Positions 31,254 to 41,628 of a stretch of DNA of 64,000 nucleotides are shown one piece after another. The stretch is from an uncultured Gammaproteobacteria bacterium (GTDB lineage: Bacteria > Patescibacteriota > Microgenomatia > Levybacterales > UBA12049): assembly GCA_964521295.1 (NCBI GenBank), contig CAZFRF010000001.1, positions 577,016 through 641,015 of the forward strand, read 5' to 3'. A model generated the notes under the pieces. That model ran no database searches, was not told where the DNA came from, and worked only from the letters and a program-made list of their open reading frames with translations. Every line of letters begins with the position of its first letter. The first letter of the stretch is position 1. The position numbers and the translations under genes are program-made.

Positions 31254-32444
31254 TTACTTTTGCTCATCGATCTTGTCGGATTCCTCTACCTGAACTGTTT
31301 CTACCTGGGTTTGCTCTAAATTTTCTGCTTCAACTGCTGATTCTACAACTACTTCTGTTTCTTCTGGCGCTGCCTCAGCTTCAGATTTTACTTCTGCCTC
31401 TTGAACTGGCGCTGCAACTTCACTTGCTACTTCAGCTGTTTTTTCTTCTTTAATTTCTTCTTTTGGCTCATCTTTTACTTCAATTTTCGGAGCATTTGGA
31501 TCTTCTTCGATTTCAATCCTATATCCTGTTAATTTTGAAGCAAGTCTTACATTTTGACCATCTTTGCCAATTGCTAAGGAAAGTTCTTGAGGAGCTACAT
31601 ATACCTTAGCCAATTTCTCATCTTCATTTACTTCTACTCTTAACTCTTTTGCAGGAGATAACGCTTGAGCAATATAGCTTTGGGAATTTTCTTGCCATTG
31701 GATAATATCAATTTTCTCTAATCCATTAAATTCAGCAATAATTGCTTGAACCCTAACTCCTTTTTGACCAACACAGCTTCCAACTGGATCAATTCCAGAT
31801 TGGTTTGAGTAAACTGCAATTTTACTTCTATTTCCAGCTTCTCTTTCAATAGCTTTAATTTCAACTGCGCCTTGGGCAACTTCTGGAACTTCTCTCTTAA
31901 AGAGTCCTTCAAGTAAACCTTTATGAGCTCTAGAAACAACAACTTCCTCTCCCCTTAAACCCTCTTTAATTTCAACAACATAAAAAGTTAATCTTTGATT
32001 TAAATGATATTTTTCGTTAGAAATTTGTTCTACTGGTGGCATTATAGCCTCAGTTTTACCAATATCAACGATTACATTTGGACCAGCAAATCTTAAGACC
32101 ATTCCGTTTACTACTGTTCCAATTTTAAGTCTAAAGTCAGAAATAACAGCCTCTTTTTCTTTTTCTCTAATTTTTTGCAAAATAACTTGCTTTGCTGTTT
32201 GGGCTGCAATTCTTCCAAAACCCGGAGGTGTTACATCAACATCATTATGAAAAATCTTAGCTTCACCTGTATTAGAATTTAATTCTGCCCTAAATTCTTC
32301 TAATTCTGCTTCTGGATGATCTTTTCTGTAAGCAGCTAAGATTGCATTTTGAACTGTTTCTAAAACAACAACAGGATCCAGGCCTCTTTCGTTCGAAACC
32401 TGGTTTAAAGCTAATGCAAATTCACTTCTTTGTATTGCTGGCAT
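31254..32444 (-). CDS. nusA: transcription factor NusA
   Basis: FGRIAAQTAKQV, DPVGSCVG, AIGKDGQNVRLA; acidic tail. Confidence 0.98.
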   Translation of the reverse strand: MPAIQRSEFALALNQVSNERGLDPVVVLETVQNAILAAYRKDHPEAELEEFRAELNSNTGEAKIFHNDVDVTPPGFGRIAAQTAKQVILQKIREKEKEAVISDFRLKIGTVVNGMVLRFAGPNVIVDIGKTEAIMPPVEQISNEKYHLNQRLTFYVVEIKEGLRGEEVVVSRAHKGLLEGLFKREVPEVAQGAVEIKAIEREAGNRSKIAVYSNQSGIDPVGSCVGQKGVRVQAIIAEFNGLEKIDIIQWQENSQSYIAQALSPAKELRVEVNEDEKLAKVYVAPQELSLAIGKDGQNVRLASKLTGYRIEIEEDPNAPKIEVKDEPKEEIKEEKTAEVASEVAAPVQEAEVKSEAEAAPEETEVVVESAVEAENLEQTQVETVQVEESDKIDEQK

Positions 32445-32493
32445 AATGGAGACAAGTATATCATTTTATGAGGCTCGCTTCAAGAAGCTAAGT

Positions 32494-34854
32494 TTAAATT
32501 TCTATCTCCCCACTAGAATTTAGATGCAAAACCAATGAACTACCCCTATTTATTTCTCCACTAAGCAACTTTCTAGCAATTAAATCTTCAATATTGTCTT
32601 GGATAAATCTTCTTAAAGGTCTAGCGCCAAATTCTTTATCATAACCTTCCTTAACAATTTTGGTTATTAGATCTTGAGAATAGGAAATACGAATGTCTTT
32701 TTCTGCTAACGTTTTAGAAAAATCAGTAAGCATGAGTTTAACGATTTGTTCAACTTCACTTAACACAAGAGGAGTAAAGACTACAATATCATCAAATCTA
32801 TTCAAAAGTTCTGGTTTAAATAGTGAATTTGTTTGTAAATATTCAAGTAAGGCTTGCTTAAACTTCTTATTTTCAGCTTTCCCCGCTTCAACGCTCTCAC
32901 GGATATATTCAGATCCGGCATTCGAAGTTGCAATAATTAAGCAATTTACAAAAGATACTGTTTTACCCCTTGCATCAGTAAGTCTTCCCTCATCAAATAC
33001 CTGCAAGAACAAATCAAGAATTTTTTTATCAGCTTTTTCAAATTCATCAAGTAAAATTAATGAATATGGATTATCAAATACAGCTTCAGTCAATAAGCCT
33101 TTATCTTGAGCATCAGTTGAGCCGATTAACTTCTTGATTCCATCTTCGCCAACAAATTCACTCATATCAAATCTTATTAAACGAGAGCTGTTACCAAAAT
33201 AAATATCCGCTAGGGCTTTTGCTGTCTGAGTTTTACCAACTCCCGTTGGTCCTAAAAAAAGAAATGAGATTGGTTTTTGTCCGTTATTTAGTCCTGCTCT
33301 AATTCTTCTAATAGCTTCAGAAATAGCTACAATTGCGTAATTTTGACCAATTACTTTTTTATGGAGCTCAGACTCTAGGTTTAATAGTAAATCTTTCTCA
33401 ACTTTCTTAGGCTCTCCCACATCTACTCTAACTACTTTTTTAATTTGTTCTAAAACATCTTGCTCTTCTAAAATTGTTTTTCCAGATAAATTCGCTGAAT
33501 TAGCGCTATCTTCTAAAAGAGCAACGCTAGATCCAGGCAAAACTTTGTCTTTTGCGTAATTTTGACCATAATTTGCAGCTGTTAAAACTGCTTTATAGGA
33601 TAAAAAGATATTATATTTATTTTCAATCTCAAAAGATTTATCAAAAAGCATAAGCAAAACTTCATCCCTAGTTGGCTCATTAAAATCTACAACGGCAAAG
33701 GAGTCCATGAGGCTCTTCATTGGCTCGACGGATTTTTTAAATTCATCCTTATTAACTGAAGCAATTATTTTCACTCTTCCTGAAGAAAGATAGGGTATTA
33801 AAACTCCAGATATATCTAAATTAAATACTCTACTTCCTAAGATATTTTGAAATTCAGGAATATAAACAATTACATTACCACTATGGGAAAGCTCTTCTAA
33901 AGTTGCGCTTAGTCTTTCCTCAAGTTCACCTTGAGTATTTGCTCCCGCCATCAATTCATCCACCATTAATTCAAATATTCTTTGATGATACAAATTTCCT
34001 TTTAGATATCCCATGTAGCTTTCAATTGCTAATTTTCCAACAATCGCTTCCTTTCCGCTTCCCGTATCTCCAACAAGCAAAACACTACTATTTTTATGCA
34101 AACCTTCAACAATTTGTTGATATTCACTGTGCCTAAGTACGGGTTCTTTTTTTATTTTCAGAAAATCTCTAGTTAAATCGATCATGTATTTTTGTGTTTC
34201 CAAGGTCCAACCATAAACCCAATCTTCTGCAATTCCTTCACCCGCGAAAATAAATTCTTTGTTTTTTGATAACTCCTCATCAGGATAAGCATTTGAGGTC
34301 CAAAGTAAAATATTAATCAAATCTACTTCTTTTAATTTAATTGAGAATAAAAATTCAGTTGTAGTTTCTGAAAGAATTAAATATGCAGCAAATAAATCTA
34401 TTGTAGTTACATATTTTCCATTTACTCTTTTGGCAATTTCAAAAGCTTTTTTAATTAATTCTTCTCTATTAACTTCTATTATTTGCAAGTCTTTTGGATC
34501 AATATCCATTTTATAAACCATAAATATTATTTGACCTTGCTTAAGAAGCTCCTTAACTAAACTTACTGAATTTTTCTTTGCCATTAAAATGGATAATGCA
34601 TTTAGACTAAAGCTATCAATGGGGTTTTCAGAATTTTGATTCACTTCTTTTAAGGGCATTAACTTTACTATTTTTTGAGTGAAAAAAATTTCAAACATTG
34701 CAAAGATAGAAACAGGAATAATAAAAAAATTGGGGTAAATACGTAAAATTAATCCAAAAAGAGCTGGAATTAGTAAAAAAAGAAAAATAAAAATTCTAAT
34801 TATCCTAAAACTAGGGCTATTATAATGAAAATAAAAATTTGCAAAATCTTTCAT
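32494..34854 (-). CDS. ClpA/B-family ATPase with N-terminal membrane anchor and degenerate first AAA domain
   Basis: Two N-terminal hydrophobic helices; D1 GDTGSGKE and YIPEF; D2 GPTGVGKT, RFDMSEF, LLDEFEK, FKPELLNRFD, GARPLRR. Confidence 0.9.
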   Translation of the reverse strand: MKDFANFYFHYNSPSFRIIRIFIFLFLLIPALFGLILRIYPNFFIIPVSIFAMFEIFFTQKIVKLMPLKEVNQNSENPIDSFSLNALSILMAKKNSVSLVKELLKQGQIIFMVYKMDIDPKDLQIIEVNREELIKKAFEIAKRVNGKYVTTIDLFAAYLILSETTTEFLFSIKLKEVDLINILLWTSNAYPDEELSKNKEFIFAGEGIAEDWVYGWTLETQKYMIDLTRDFLKIKKEPVLRHSEYQQIVEGLHKNSSVLLVGDTGSGKEAIVGKLAIESYMGYLKGNLYHQRIFELMVDELMAGANTQGELEERLSATLEELSHSGNVIVYIPEFQNILGSRVFNLDISGVLIPYLSSGRVKIIASVNKDEFKKSVEPMKSLMDSFAVVDFNEPTRDEVLLMLFDKSFEIENKYNIFLSYKAVLTAANYGQNYAKDKVLPGSSVALLEDSANSANLSGKTILEEQDVLEQIKKVVRVDVGEPKKVEKDLLLNLESELHKKVIGQNYAIVAISEAIRRIRAGLNNGQKPISFLFLGPTGVGKTQTAKALADIYFGNSSRLIRFDMSEFVGEDGIKKLIGSTDAQDKGLLTEAVFDNPYSLILLDEFEKADKKILDLFLQVFDEGRLTDARGKTVSFVNCLIIATSNAGSEYIRESVEAGKAENKKFKQALLEYLQTNSLFKPELLNRFDDIVVFTPLVLSEVEQIVKLMLTDFSKTLAEKDIRISYSQDLITKIVKEGYDKEFGARPLRRFIQDNIEDLIARKLLSGEINRGSSLVLHLNSSGEIEI

Positions 34855-35177
34855 ATTTTAATAAATGGCAAATAAAACATTAAAAATGGCCAAGTTAAAA
34901 ACAGAACGAAAATTAAAATTTCAACTAAAAGTAAAAAAGAAAAAATAAAAATATCTGCCAAAATAAATAAGCTTTTTATTGCTATGCCCATAAAAATAGA
35001 AAATCTTACTAATCCCTGGCGATATTCATTTTTCCATGGTTTAAAAAAAGTTTTAAGCATCAATGGAAGCGAAAAAGCATTAAAAAAAGATTTATTTAAA
35101 TTATTAAAAAATTTTAGGAGTCTAAAAGGAGCTTCTAAATACCAAAATCTTGCAAGGTAAGCGGGCAGTTTCCACAT
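34851..35177 (-). CDS. small membrane protein coupled to the Clp ATPase gene
   Basis: 108 aa, hydrophobic, TFFKPWK motif; ATGA overlap with the Clp gene. Confidence 0.8.
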   Translation of the reverse strand: MWKLPAYLARFWYLEAPFRLLKFFNNLNKSFFNAFSLPLMLKTFFKPWKNEYRQGLVRFSIFMGIAIKSLFILADIFIFSFLLLVEILIFVLFLTWPFLMFYLPFIKI

Positions 35178-35222
35178 ATAATTTAGTATAGCTAAATTGG
35201 ATACGAAATTACAAACTAAAAT

Positions 35223-36029
35223 TTAGTTTGTTGCCGTAGGCGTTGGAACCCCAATCGTTGGAGTTGGAGTTGGAGGCTGATCCGTTGGAGTTACCGTGAT
35301 GGTTGGGGTTGGACTTAGTGGCTCAGAAGTAGGAGTAATTATCAAAAAAGGCGTAGGAGTAGGTGTAGGCATGCAAGCACCAGTTCTCTTAATACATATT
35401 TCATTTGCGCTAGCTGACCATTGATCACTAGTCTTACAACTCGTGTTACCTCCCAACACGCCTTTACTGCCATCATTACACGTGTACTTTGCATTTCTAT
35501 ATCTGTTTGAGGCATAATCTCCACAAGGATTTACATACTTAACAACTTTTACCTTGTTACATGAATTAACCGTTAAGGTTGTAACTCCAAATTCAACTAA
35601 TTTCTTTTCACCAAAATTAAACTTTCTAGCAATCAATGTTGAATTTGTATATCCCGATGGCCAGGTTGCCTGAACAGAATAGGATGATGAATTTGATTCA
35701 GCTTTTAACTTAAATTGAAAATAACCATTTGAATCTGTTGTAATTTTCTTTAAAGAAACAGGCTGATTTTTACTACCAATTTGCGTTAATAAAATTTGCT
35801 GTCCAGAAAACCCTGGCTCTTCCATATCTCGATTTGCATTTGAATTTAAATCTTTATACAAATATCCTCCTACCCAAATCTGTCGAGAATTATTATCAGA
35901 AGTTCCCAATACACCAGCTTGCCTTACGGTTAAAAACCCAGAAACACCAACAACTAATAACGCCAATAAAAGAAATTTACTTAACGGAGAAAATGAAGAT
36001 TTTGAAATTCTTCTTGATTGTCGAGCCAT
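35223..36029 (-). CDS. surface protein: signal anchor, SdrD-B-like domain, Cys-rich module, Pro/Thr-rich tail
   Basis: GYLYKDLNSNANRDMEEPG...TTDSNGYFQF; six Cys; PT repeats. Confidence 0.8.
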   Translation of the reverse strand: MARQSRRISKSSFSPLSKFLLLALLVVGVSGFLTVRQAGVLGTSDNNSRQIWVGGYLYKDLNSNANRDMEEPGFSGQQILLTQIGSKNQPVSLKKITTDSNGYFQFKLKAESNSSSYSVQATWPSGYTNSTLIARKFNFGEKKLVEFGVTTLTVNSCNKVKVVKYVNPCGDYASNRYRNAKYTCNDGSKGVLGGNTSCKTSDQWSASANEICIKRTGACMPTPTPTPFLIITPTSEPLSPTPTITVTPTDQPPTPTPTIGVPTPTATN

Positions 36030-36069
36030 AATTTATTTAGACATATAAATATATTCTTGTCAAATACTA

Positions 36070-36495
36070 TTAATTACCAGTAAATCGAGCATAAATAATA
36101 ATTAAAAATCCAACAGTTAATACTGACAACCCTAATCCCTCTATTAAGCTAACTTTTTCTTTGAATATAAAATAACTAATTAGAGTTGAAAGCAAAATAG
36201 TTCCTCCGTAAACGATGGGAGCAACTATTCCTACTTTGTTTTCTGCAAAACTCTTATTCAAAAAAAGACTAAATAAGGCGACAAAAATACCTGAAATAAT
36301 AGCCGCAATAATTCCTATTTTTTGATTACCAATCCCTGATTTCGCAAGGATTGGAACTGCGAGAATAACTGGAAGAATCGTAGAAACTAAATTTACAATC
36401 GCTGAAACTATAACAGAATTTGCCGTTCGGGAAGCAAAAGTACTAACAACTACAACCCCTGTGTAGAAAACAAGAGAAAGAAAGATATAAATCAT
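36070..36495 (-). CDS. EamA/DMT family small transporter
   Basis: About 5 TM helices, VGIVAPI, FIFKEKVS...GLGL. Confidence 0.85.
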   Translation of the reverse strand: MIYIFLSLVFYTGVVVVSTFASRTANSVIVSAIVNLVSTILPVILAVPILAKSGIGNQKIGIIAAIISGIFVALFSLFLNKSFAENKVGIVAPIVYGGTILLSTLISYFIFKEKVSLIEGLGLSVLTVGFLIIIYARFTGN

Positions 36496-36509
36496 TTATA
36501 AATTATATA

Positions 36510-37400
36510 TTAAAACCAAGAAGATTTTTTAGGCTCCCCATCCAATTCTTTTAATAATTCTTTTTGCTTGCCAGTTAAATTTTTAGGAACAGTTACTTTT
36601 ATTCTGACATAATGATCACCAAATCCACTACCTCTTAACATTTTTACACCTTTTCCTCTGAGTCTAATTAAAGAATTTGGCTGAGTACCTGCAGGAATTT
36701 TAATCTTTACATTCCCTTGAACTGTTTCAATTTCTACTTCTGTACCTAAGGCTGCTTTTGCAAAAGAAAGTTCTTCGTTTGCGACAATATCGTAACCCTC
36801 ACGTTTAAATTTAGAATGACCACTAACTTGCAAAACTACCTCTGCATCACCAAACCTGATCCTTGAACCATCATCAACACCTGCAGGAATTTTAATATTT
36901 TGAGCTTTCCCATTTAAACTTACTTTTTTGGTTGTACCCTTAACGGCATCCATAAAGTCAATATTTAATGCGTACGTTTGCCTTCGTCTTGCACCTTGAC
37001 CCCCAAATGGATTACCTCCTCCAAAAAATTGTTCAAAAATATCAAAGGGATCAGAAAAACCACCGAAATCAAATCCTCCACCATTTGAAGTGTATGTATA
37101 GGTAAATGGACCTTGTTGACCACCAAACCCACCGAAGCCACCGCCAAATGGACCACCTGCACCTGGACCACCTTGCTCAAAAGCTGCTTCTCCAAACTGA
37201 TCATAAGTTTGTCTTTTTTGTGCATCAGATAAAACCTCGTAGGCTTTAGTTACTTCTTTAAACTTATCCTCAGCTACCTTATCGCCTTTATTCCTATCTG
37301 GATGATATTGTAGAGCTAGCTTTCTATAAGCTTTTTTAATTTCTGTATCAGATGCTCCTTTAGAAACACCTAGGATTGAATAATAATCTTTATTTGCCAT
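36510..37400 (-). CDS. dnaJ: DnaJ chaperone without zinc finger (class B)
   Basis: J domain with HPD, G/F-rich linker, C-terminal domain; no CxxCxGxG repeats. Confidence 0.92.
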   Translation of the reverse strand: MANKDYYSILGVSKGASDTEIKKAYRKLALQYHPDRNKGDKVAEDKFKEVTKAYEVLSDAQKRQTYDQFGEAAFEQGGPGAGGPFGGGFGGFGGQQGPFTYTYTSNGGGFDFGGFSDPFDIFEQFFGGGNPFGGQGARRRQTYALNIDFMDAVKGTTKKVSLNGKAQNIKIPAGVDDGSRIRFGDAEVVLQVSGHSKFKREGYDIVANEELSFAKAALGTEVEIETVQGNVKIKIPAGTQPNSLIRLRGKGVKMLRGSGFGDHYVRIKVTVPKNLTGKQKELLKELDGEPKKSSWF

Positions 37401-37414
37401 ATTTTAATTATAAA

Positions 37415-39178
37415 TTATTTTACTGTTACACTCTTAGCCAAATTTCTTGGCTTATCTGGATCTAAATTTTTATTCACTGCCAGATAATATGCCAATAACT
37501 GAATTGGCACAATTTGTGCAACAGCACTTCCTTCTTTTAAATCTTTAATTTCAATAAAGTAATCAAAAATAGAACTATTCTTAAAACTTATTCCAATAAT
37601 TATAGCTCCTCTTGCTTTTACTTCCATTGCATTAGACATAATTGCTTCATAAGTTTCATCATTTGGCGCAAAAACAATTACTGGCGTGCCTTTAGAAATT
37701 AATGCAATTGGTCCATGCTTTAGCTCTCCACCAGCTAATCCTTCTGCATGAATATAGCTTACTTCTCTAATTTTTAAAGCAGCCTCTAAAGCAGATGGAA
37801 AACTTAAACCCCTACCAATAATAAAAATATGCTCTTTGGTAGTTAAAAATGAAGCAATTTTTTTAATATTTTCTAAATTCTTTTTTTCTAAAATTCTATT
37901 TATTTCTAAAATAACTTTATCAAGCAATTTTTTACCTTCTGAAAATTTATTTACAGAAGCATAGGTAAGCAAAAATAATACACCTAATTTTGCTAAATAT
38001 GCTTTTGTAGAGGCAACAGCTTTTTCAACTCCTGCATTTAATAAAAGTTGTCCTTCAGACATTCTATAAATTGTTGAACCTTTTACATTGGTAACTGCAA
38101 AAATTTTGCTCCCTTTATTTTTTGCTCTATTTAATGGTTCAACAATATCAATTGTTTCTCCACTTTGAGAAAAAGCTACTATTAAGCTTTTCTTAGTTAA
38201 AAAATCTTCTAGATAATTAAATTCTGATGCAAAAGTAGTATTAATATGAACCTTAGCTATTTTTGAAAATAAATATGTACCAAAAAGACAAGCAAAATAT
38301 GCTGTGCCAGCGCCAATAAAATATGTTCCAAAAGCATTTTCTATCTCTTGAGATAAAACCTCTACTTCTTTCTTCTTAGTTTTAGCAATATTTTCCAATA
38401 CCTTTGGCTGTTCATAAATTTCTTTCAACATATAATGCTGAAATTTTCCCAAACCTTCGTCCTTAATATTTTTTTCTAAAATTTCATAATCAATTTTTAT
38501 TTCTTTACCCGTTGGCAAAGAAAATAATGAGATGTCTTTACCTAATAAAATCATTTGATTGTCTTTTAAGAAGATTGCATTATTTGTATGACTTGCTACT
38601 CCAGTTGGATCAGAAGAAATATACAATGAATCCTTGGCTACTCCAACAATTAATGGAGATCCTGTTTTAGCTGCAGCTATTTCATCAGTTTTTGAATTTA
38701 AAACAACAACTGCATTTAAACCTTTTACCTTATTAAAAGCCCTTAAAACTGCATTTTTAAAATCAAGAATTTTTAAATATTCTTCTACTAAATGAGGGAA
38801 AACTTCTGTATCTGTTTCTGAAATAAATTTATGTTTTTTTTGGATAAGCTCTTCTCTTATCTCTAAATAATTTTCAATAATTCCGTTATGAACTACTGCT
38901 ATATCCTTGCTGCAATCTAAATGTGGATGAGAGTTTATATCTGTAACGCCACCGTGAGTTGCCCAACGAGTATGTCCAACCCCCAAAGTACTTTTAGGAA
39001 GATTTACTTTCGCGGTCCCAATGTTCCCAACATGCTTGTCAACTAATATTTTTGAATTATTAGATTTTACAGCAACACCCCAAGAATCATACCCTCTATA
39101 TTCAAGAAGTTTTAAGCCATCTAAAACAATTTCTGGGTCTTTATTTGTATTTGCAACAAAACCGAAAATACCACACAT
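37415..39178 (-). CDS. glmS: glutamine--fructose-6-phosphate aminotransferase
   Basis: MCGIFG, EYRGYDS, GHTRWATHG, SQSGET, PRNLAKSVTV. Confidence 0.98.
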   Translation of the reverse strand: MCGIFGFVANTNKDPEIVLDGLKLLEYRGYDSWGVAVKSNNSKILVDKHVGNIGTAKVNLPKSTLGVGHTRWATHGGVTDINSHPHLDCSKDIAVVHNGIIENYLEIREELIQKKHKFISETDTEVFPHLVEEYLKILDFKNAVLRAFNKVKGLNAVVVLNSKTDEIAAAKTGSPLIVGVAKDSLYISSDPTGVASHTNNAIFLKDNQMILLGKDISLFSLPTGKEIKIDYEILEKNIKDEGLGKFQHYMLKEIYEQPKVLENIAKTKKKEVEVLSQEIENAFGTYFIGAGTAYFACLFGTYLFSKIAKVHINTTFASEFNYLEDFLTKKSLIVAFSQSGETIDIVEPLNRAKNKGSKIFAVTNVKGSTIYRMSEGQLLLNAGVEKAVASTKAYLAKLGVLFLLTYASVNKFSEGKKLLDKVILEINRILEKKNLENIKKIASFLTTKEHIFIIGRGLSFPSALEAALKIREVSYIHAEGLAGGELKHGPIALISKGTPVIVFAPNDETYEAIMSNAMEVKARGAIIIGISFKNSSIFDYFIEIKDLKEGSAVAQIVPIQLLAYYLAVNKNLDPDKPRNLAKSVTVK

Positions 39179-39238
39179 AAAAGTTAGCTATTATAACAAA
39201 TTGCCACGGAGATTTTTCTTATAAGCTTCATTGAGGTT

Positions 39239-41122
39239 TTAATTTACAACTTCGCCTTCAACTGGTTCTTCTTTTTTTTCTTCGGTTTTCTCTGCGCTAG
39301 GCTGTTCAGCTGCTTGCTCACCAGTTGGTTGATTTTGATACATAGCTTGACCAACTTTTTGTAATGCATCAGAAAGTTCTTTTGTTTTTGTTTCTATATC
39401 TTCTTTCGAACCACTATCTAAAATACCCTTAAGAGCTGCAATTTTTTCTTCAATTTCTTTTTTATCTTCTTCTTTAGCCTTATCTCCTGCATCTTTTAAG
39501 GTTTTTTCAGCTGTAAAGATTAAGCTATCTGCTTGATTTCTAACTTCAATTTTTTCTTTCTTTTCCGCATCTTCTGCTGCATGAGCTTCAGCTTCCTTAG
39601 TCATTCTCTCAACTTCTTCTTTTGTAAGACCAGTTGATCCAGTAATCTTAATTGATTGCTCTTTACCGGTTGCCTTGTCTTTTGCTTTAACATTCAAGAT
39701 TCCGGATGCATCAATGTCAAAAGTAACTTCAACTTGTGGAACTCCTCTTGGCGCTGGAGGAATACCATCCAATACAAATCTACCTAAGGATTTATTATCC
39801 ATTGCCATTGGTCTTTCTCCTTGCAATACATTAATTTCTACTTGAGTTTGATTATCTGCTGCAGTTGAGAAAACCTGAGACTTACTCGTTGGAATAGTTG
39901 TATTTCTTTCAATAAGTGGGGTTGAAACTCCACCCAAGGTTTCAAGTCCTAAAGTTAATGGAGTAACATCCAAGAGCAAAACATCCTTAACTTCTCCGCC
40001 TAAAACTCCGCCCTGAACGGCTGCTCCCACTGCTACAACCTCATCAGGATTAACAGATTTGTTTGGTTCTTTACCAAAGAATTTAGTTACTGTTTCAATA
40101 ACTCTTGGCATTCTAGTCATTCCACCAACTAGAACAACTTCGTCAACCTTAGAAACATCGATCTTTGCATCTTTCAATGCCAGCTCTACTGGTTTTAAGG
40201 TTTTTTGAACAAGTGGATCAACAATTTGCTCTAACTTTGCTCTGGTTAAAGTCATTGTTAAATGAAGTGGTCCATTTGGTCCTTGAGTAATAAATGGTTG
40301 ATTAATCTGTGCCTCTTGCGAGCTAGAAAGCTCAATCTTGGCTTTTTCTGCAGACTCTCTAAGTCTTTGCAATGCCTGAGAATCGCTCTTTAAATCAATA
40401 TTGTTTTCTTTCTTAAACTCTTGGGCTAGATAATCAATAATTGCTTGGTCGAAATCGTCTCCACCTAAATGTGTATCTCCGTTAGTAGATTTAACTTCAT
40501 AAACTCCCTCACCAAGCTCTAAAATTGAGATATCAAAAGTTCCTCCACCAAGATCATAGACTGCAATTGTGTGGGCGTTTTTCTTATCAAGTCCATAAGC
40601 TAAAGCTGCTGCTGTAGGCTCGTTAATAATTCTTAAGACTTCTAAGCCAGCAATTTCACCAGCTTGTTTTGTCGCCTGTCTTTGAGAGTCATCAAAATAT
40701 GCAGGAACTGTAATAACTGCTTGAGTTACTTTGTCGCCAATATAAGCTTCGGCATCAGCCTTAATCTTTTGCAAAATCATTGCTGAAACTTCTTGAGGAG
40801 TATAGGTCTTGCCATCAACCTCAACGACAGCCATTCCATCTCTACCGGACTTGATAGCATATGGAAGCCATTTCATATCAAACTGAACACTATCATCCTT
40901 AAACTTTTTACCCATTAATCTTTTAATAGAAAAGATGGTTGTTTTTGGTTTAAGAACAATCTGTCTTTTTGCTACATCTCCAACAACATGAGACACAGGA
41001 TCAACTACAGATGGGATAACATTTCTTCCTTCTGCACTATGAATAACCTTAGGATTTCCACCCTCCATTACTGCTACTGCAGAATTTGTTGTACCTAAAT
41101 CGATTCCAATTATTTTTGCCAT
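39239..41122 (-). CDS. dnaK: chaperone DnaK
   Basis: [23 protein letters not shown]; SD AGGAG upstream. Confidence 0.99.
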   Translation of the reverse strand: MAKIIGIDLGTTNSAVAVMEGGNPKVIHSAEGRNVIPSVVDPVSHVVGDVAKRQIVLKPKTTIFSIKRLMGKKFKDDSVQFDMKWLPYAIKSGRDGMAVVEVDGKTYTPQEVSAMILQKIKADAEAYIGDKVTQAVITVPAYFDDSQRQATKQAGEIAGLEVLRIINEPTAAALAYGLDKKNAHTIAVYDLGGGTFDISILELGEGVYEVKSTNGDTHLGGDDFDQAIIDYLAQEFKKENNIDLKSDSQALQRLRESAEKAKIELSSSQEAQINQPFITQGPNGPLHLTMTLTRAKLEQIVDPLVQKTLKPVELALKDAKIDVSKVDEVVLVGGMTRMPRVIETVTKFFGKEPNKSVNPDEVVAVGAAVQGGVLGGEVKDVLLLDVTPLTLGLETLGGVSTPLIERNTTIPTSKSQVFSTAADNQTQVEINVLQGERPMAMDNKSLGRFVLDGIPPAPRGVPQVEVTFDIDASGILNVKAKDKATGKEQSIKITGSTGLTKEEVERMTKEAEAHAAEDAEKKEKIEVRNQADSLIFTAEKTLKDAGDKAKEEDKKEIEEKIAALKGILDSGSKEDIETKTKELSDALQKVGQAMYQNQPTGEQAAEQPSAEKTEEKKEEPVEGEVVN

Positions 41123-41194
41123 AATATTTTCTCCTTTTTATTATAGTTAATTTTCATCCGGCCCCAAAACAGTTTGGGAAAAACCGGGTGGAAA

Positions 41195-41626
41195 CTAACT
41201 ACTTTTTCCTACCACTACCTGAGCTGGCCTAATAACTGTTCCGTATAAAGTATAACCTGCTCTTAATTCATCTACAACCATATTTTCTTTGCCTTCAGTT
41301 GTTGAAACAACTTCCATTGTTTTTGGATCAAATTCCTTACCTTCTGTTTCTATTTTCTTAATTCCCTCAGCTTCTAAAACATCTAAAAAGTGCTTGATTG
41401 AAACAATAACACCTTCATCTTTAGTATGTTTCTTAGCTAAAATTAAACTATCGAGTCCTGGCAAAAGTCTTAAGATTAAATCCTTATTTGCCATTTTTAT
41501 CCACTCGCTTTTCTCTTGAGCTATTCTTTTTTCTAAATTTTGATAGTCTGCCAAAGCTCTTTTTAATTGATTTTCAAGGTTCTCTAACTCGTTATTATCT
41601 TTTTCTTTTGCTTCGTTTTTCTTCAT
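41195..41626 (-). CDS. grpE: nucleotide exchange factor GrpE
   Basis: RALADYQNLEKR, FDP, GYTL...RPAQVVV; start could be 41626 or 41635. Confidence 0.95.
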   Translation of the reverse strand: MKKNEAKEKDNNELENLENQLKRALADYQNLEKRIAQEKSEWIKMANKDLILRLLPGLDSLILAKKHTKDEGVIVSIKHFLDVLEAEGIKKIETEGKEFDPKTMEVVSTTEGKENMVVDELRAGYTLYGTVIRPAQVVVGKSS

Positions 41627-41628
41627 GT

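Noticed and set aside
35225-35372. Short tandem repeats as a CRISPR or DNA repeat
   Set aside because: Degenerate codon repeats encoding the Pro/Thr tail. The Gly run at 52768-52800 is likewise the DUF2207 tail.
39179-39238. glmS ribozyme upstream of glmS
   Set aside because: Only 60 nt of AT-rich spacer, a -10 box 11 nt before the ATG, and no ribozyme core sequence.
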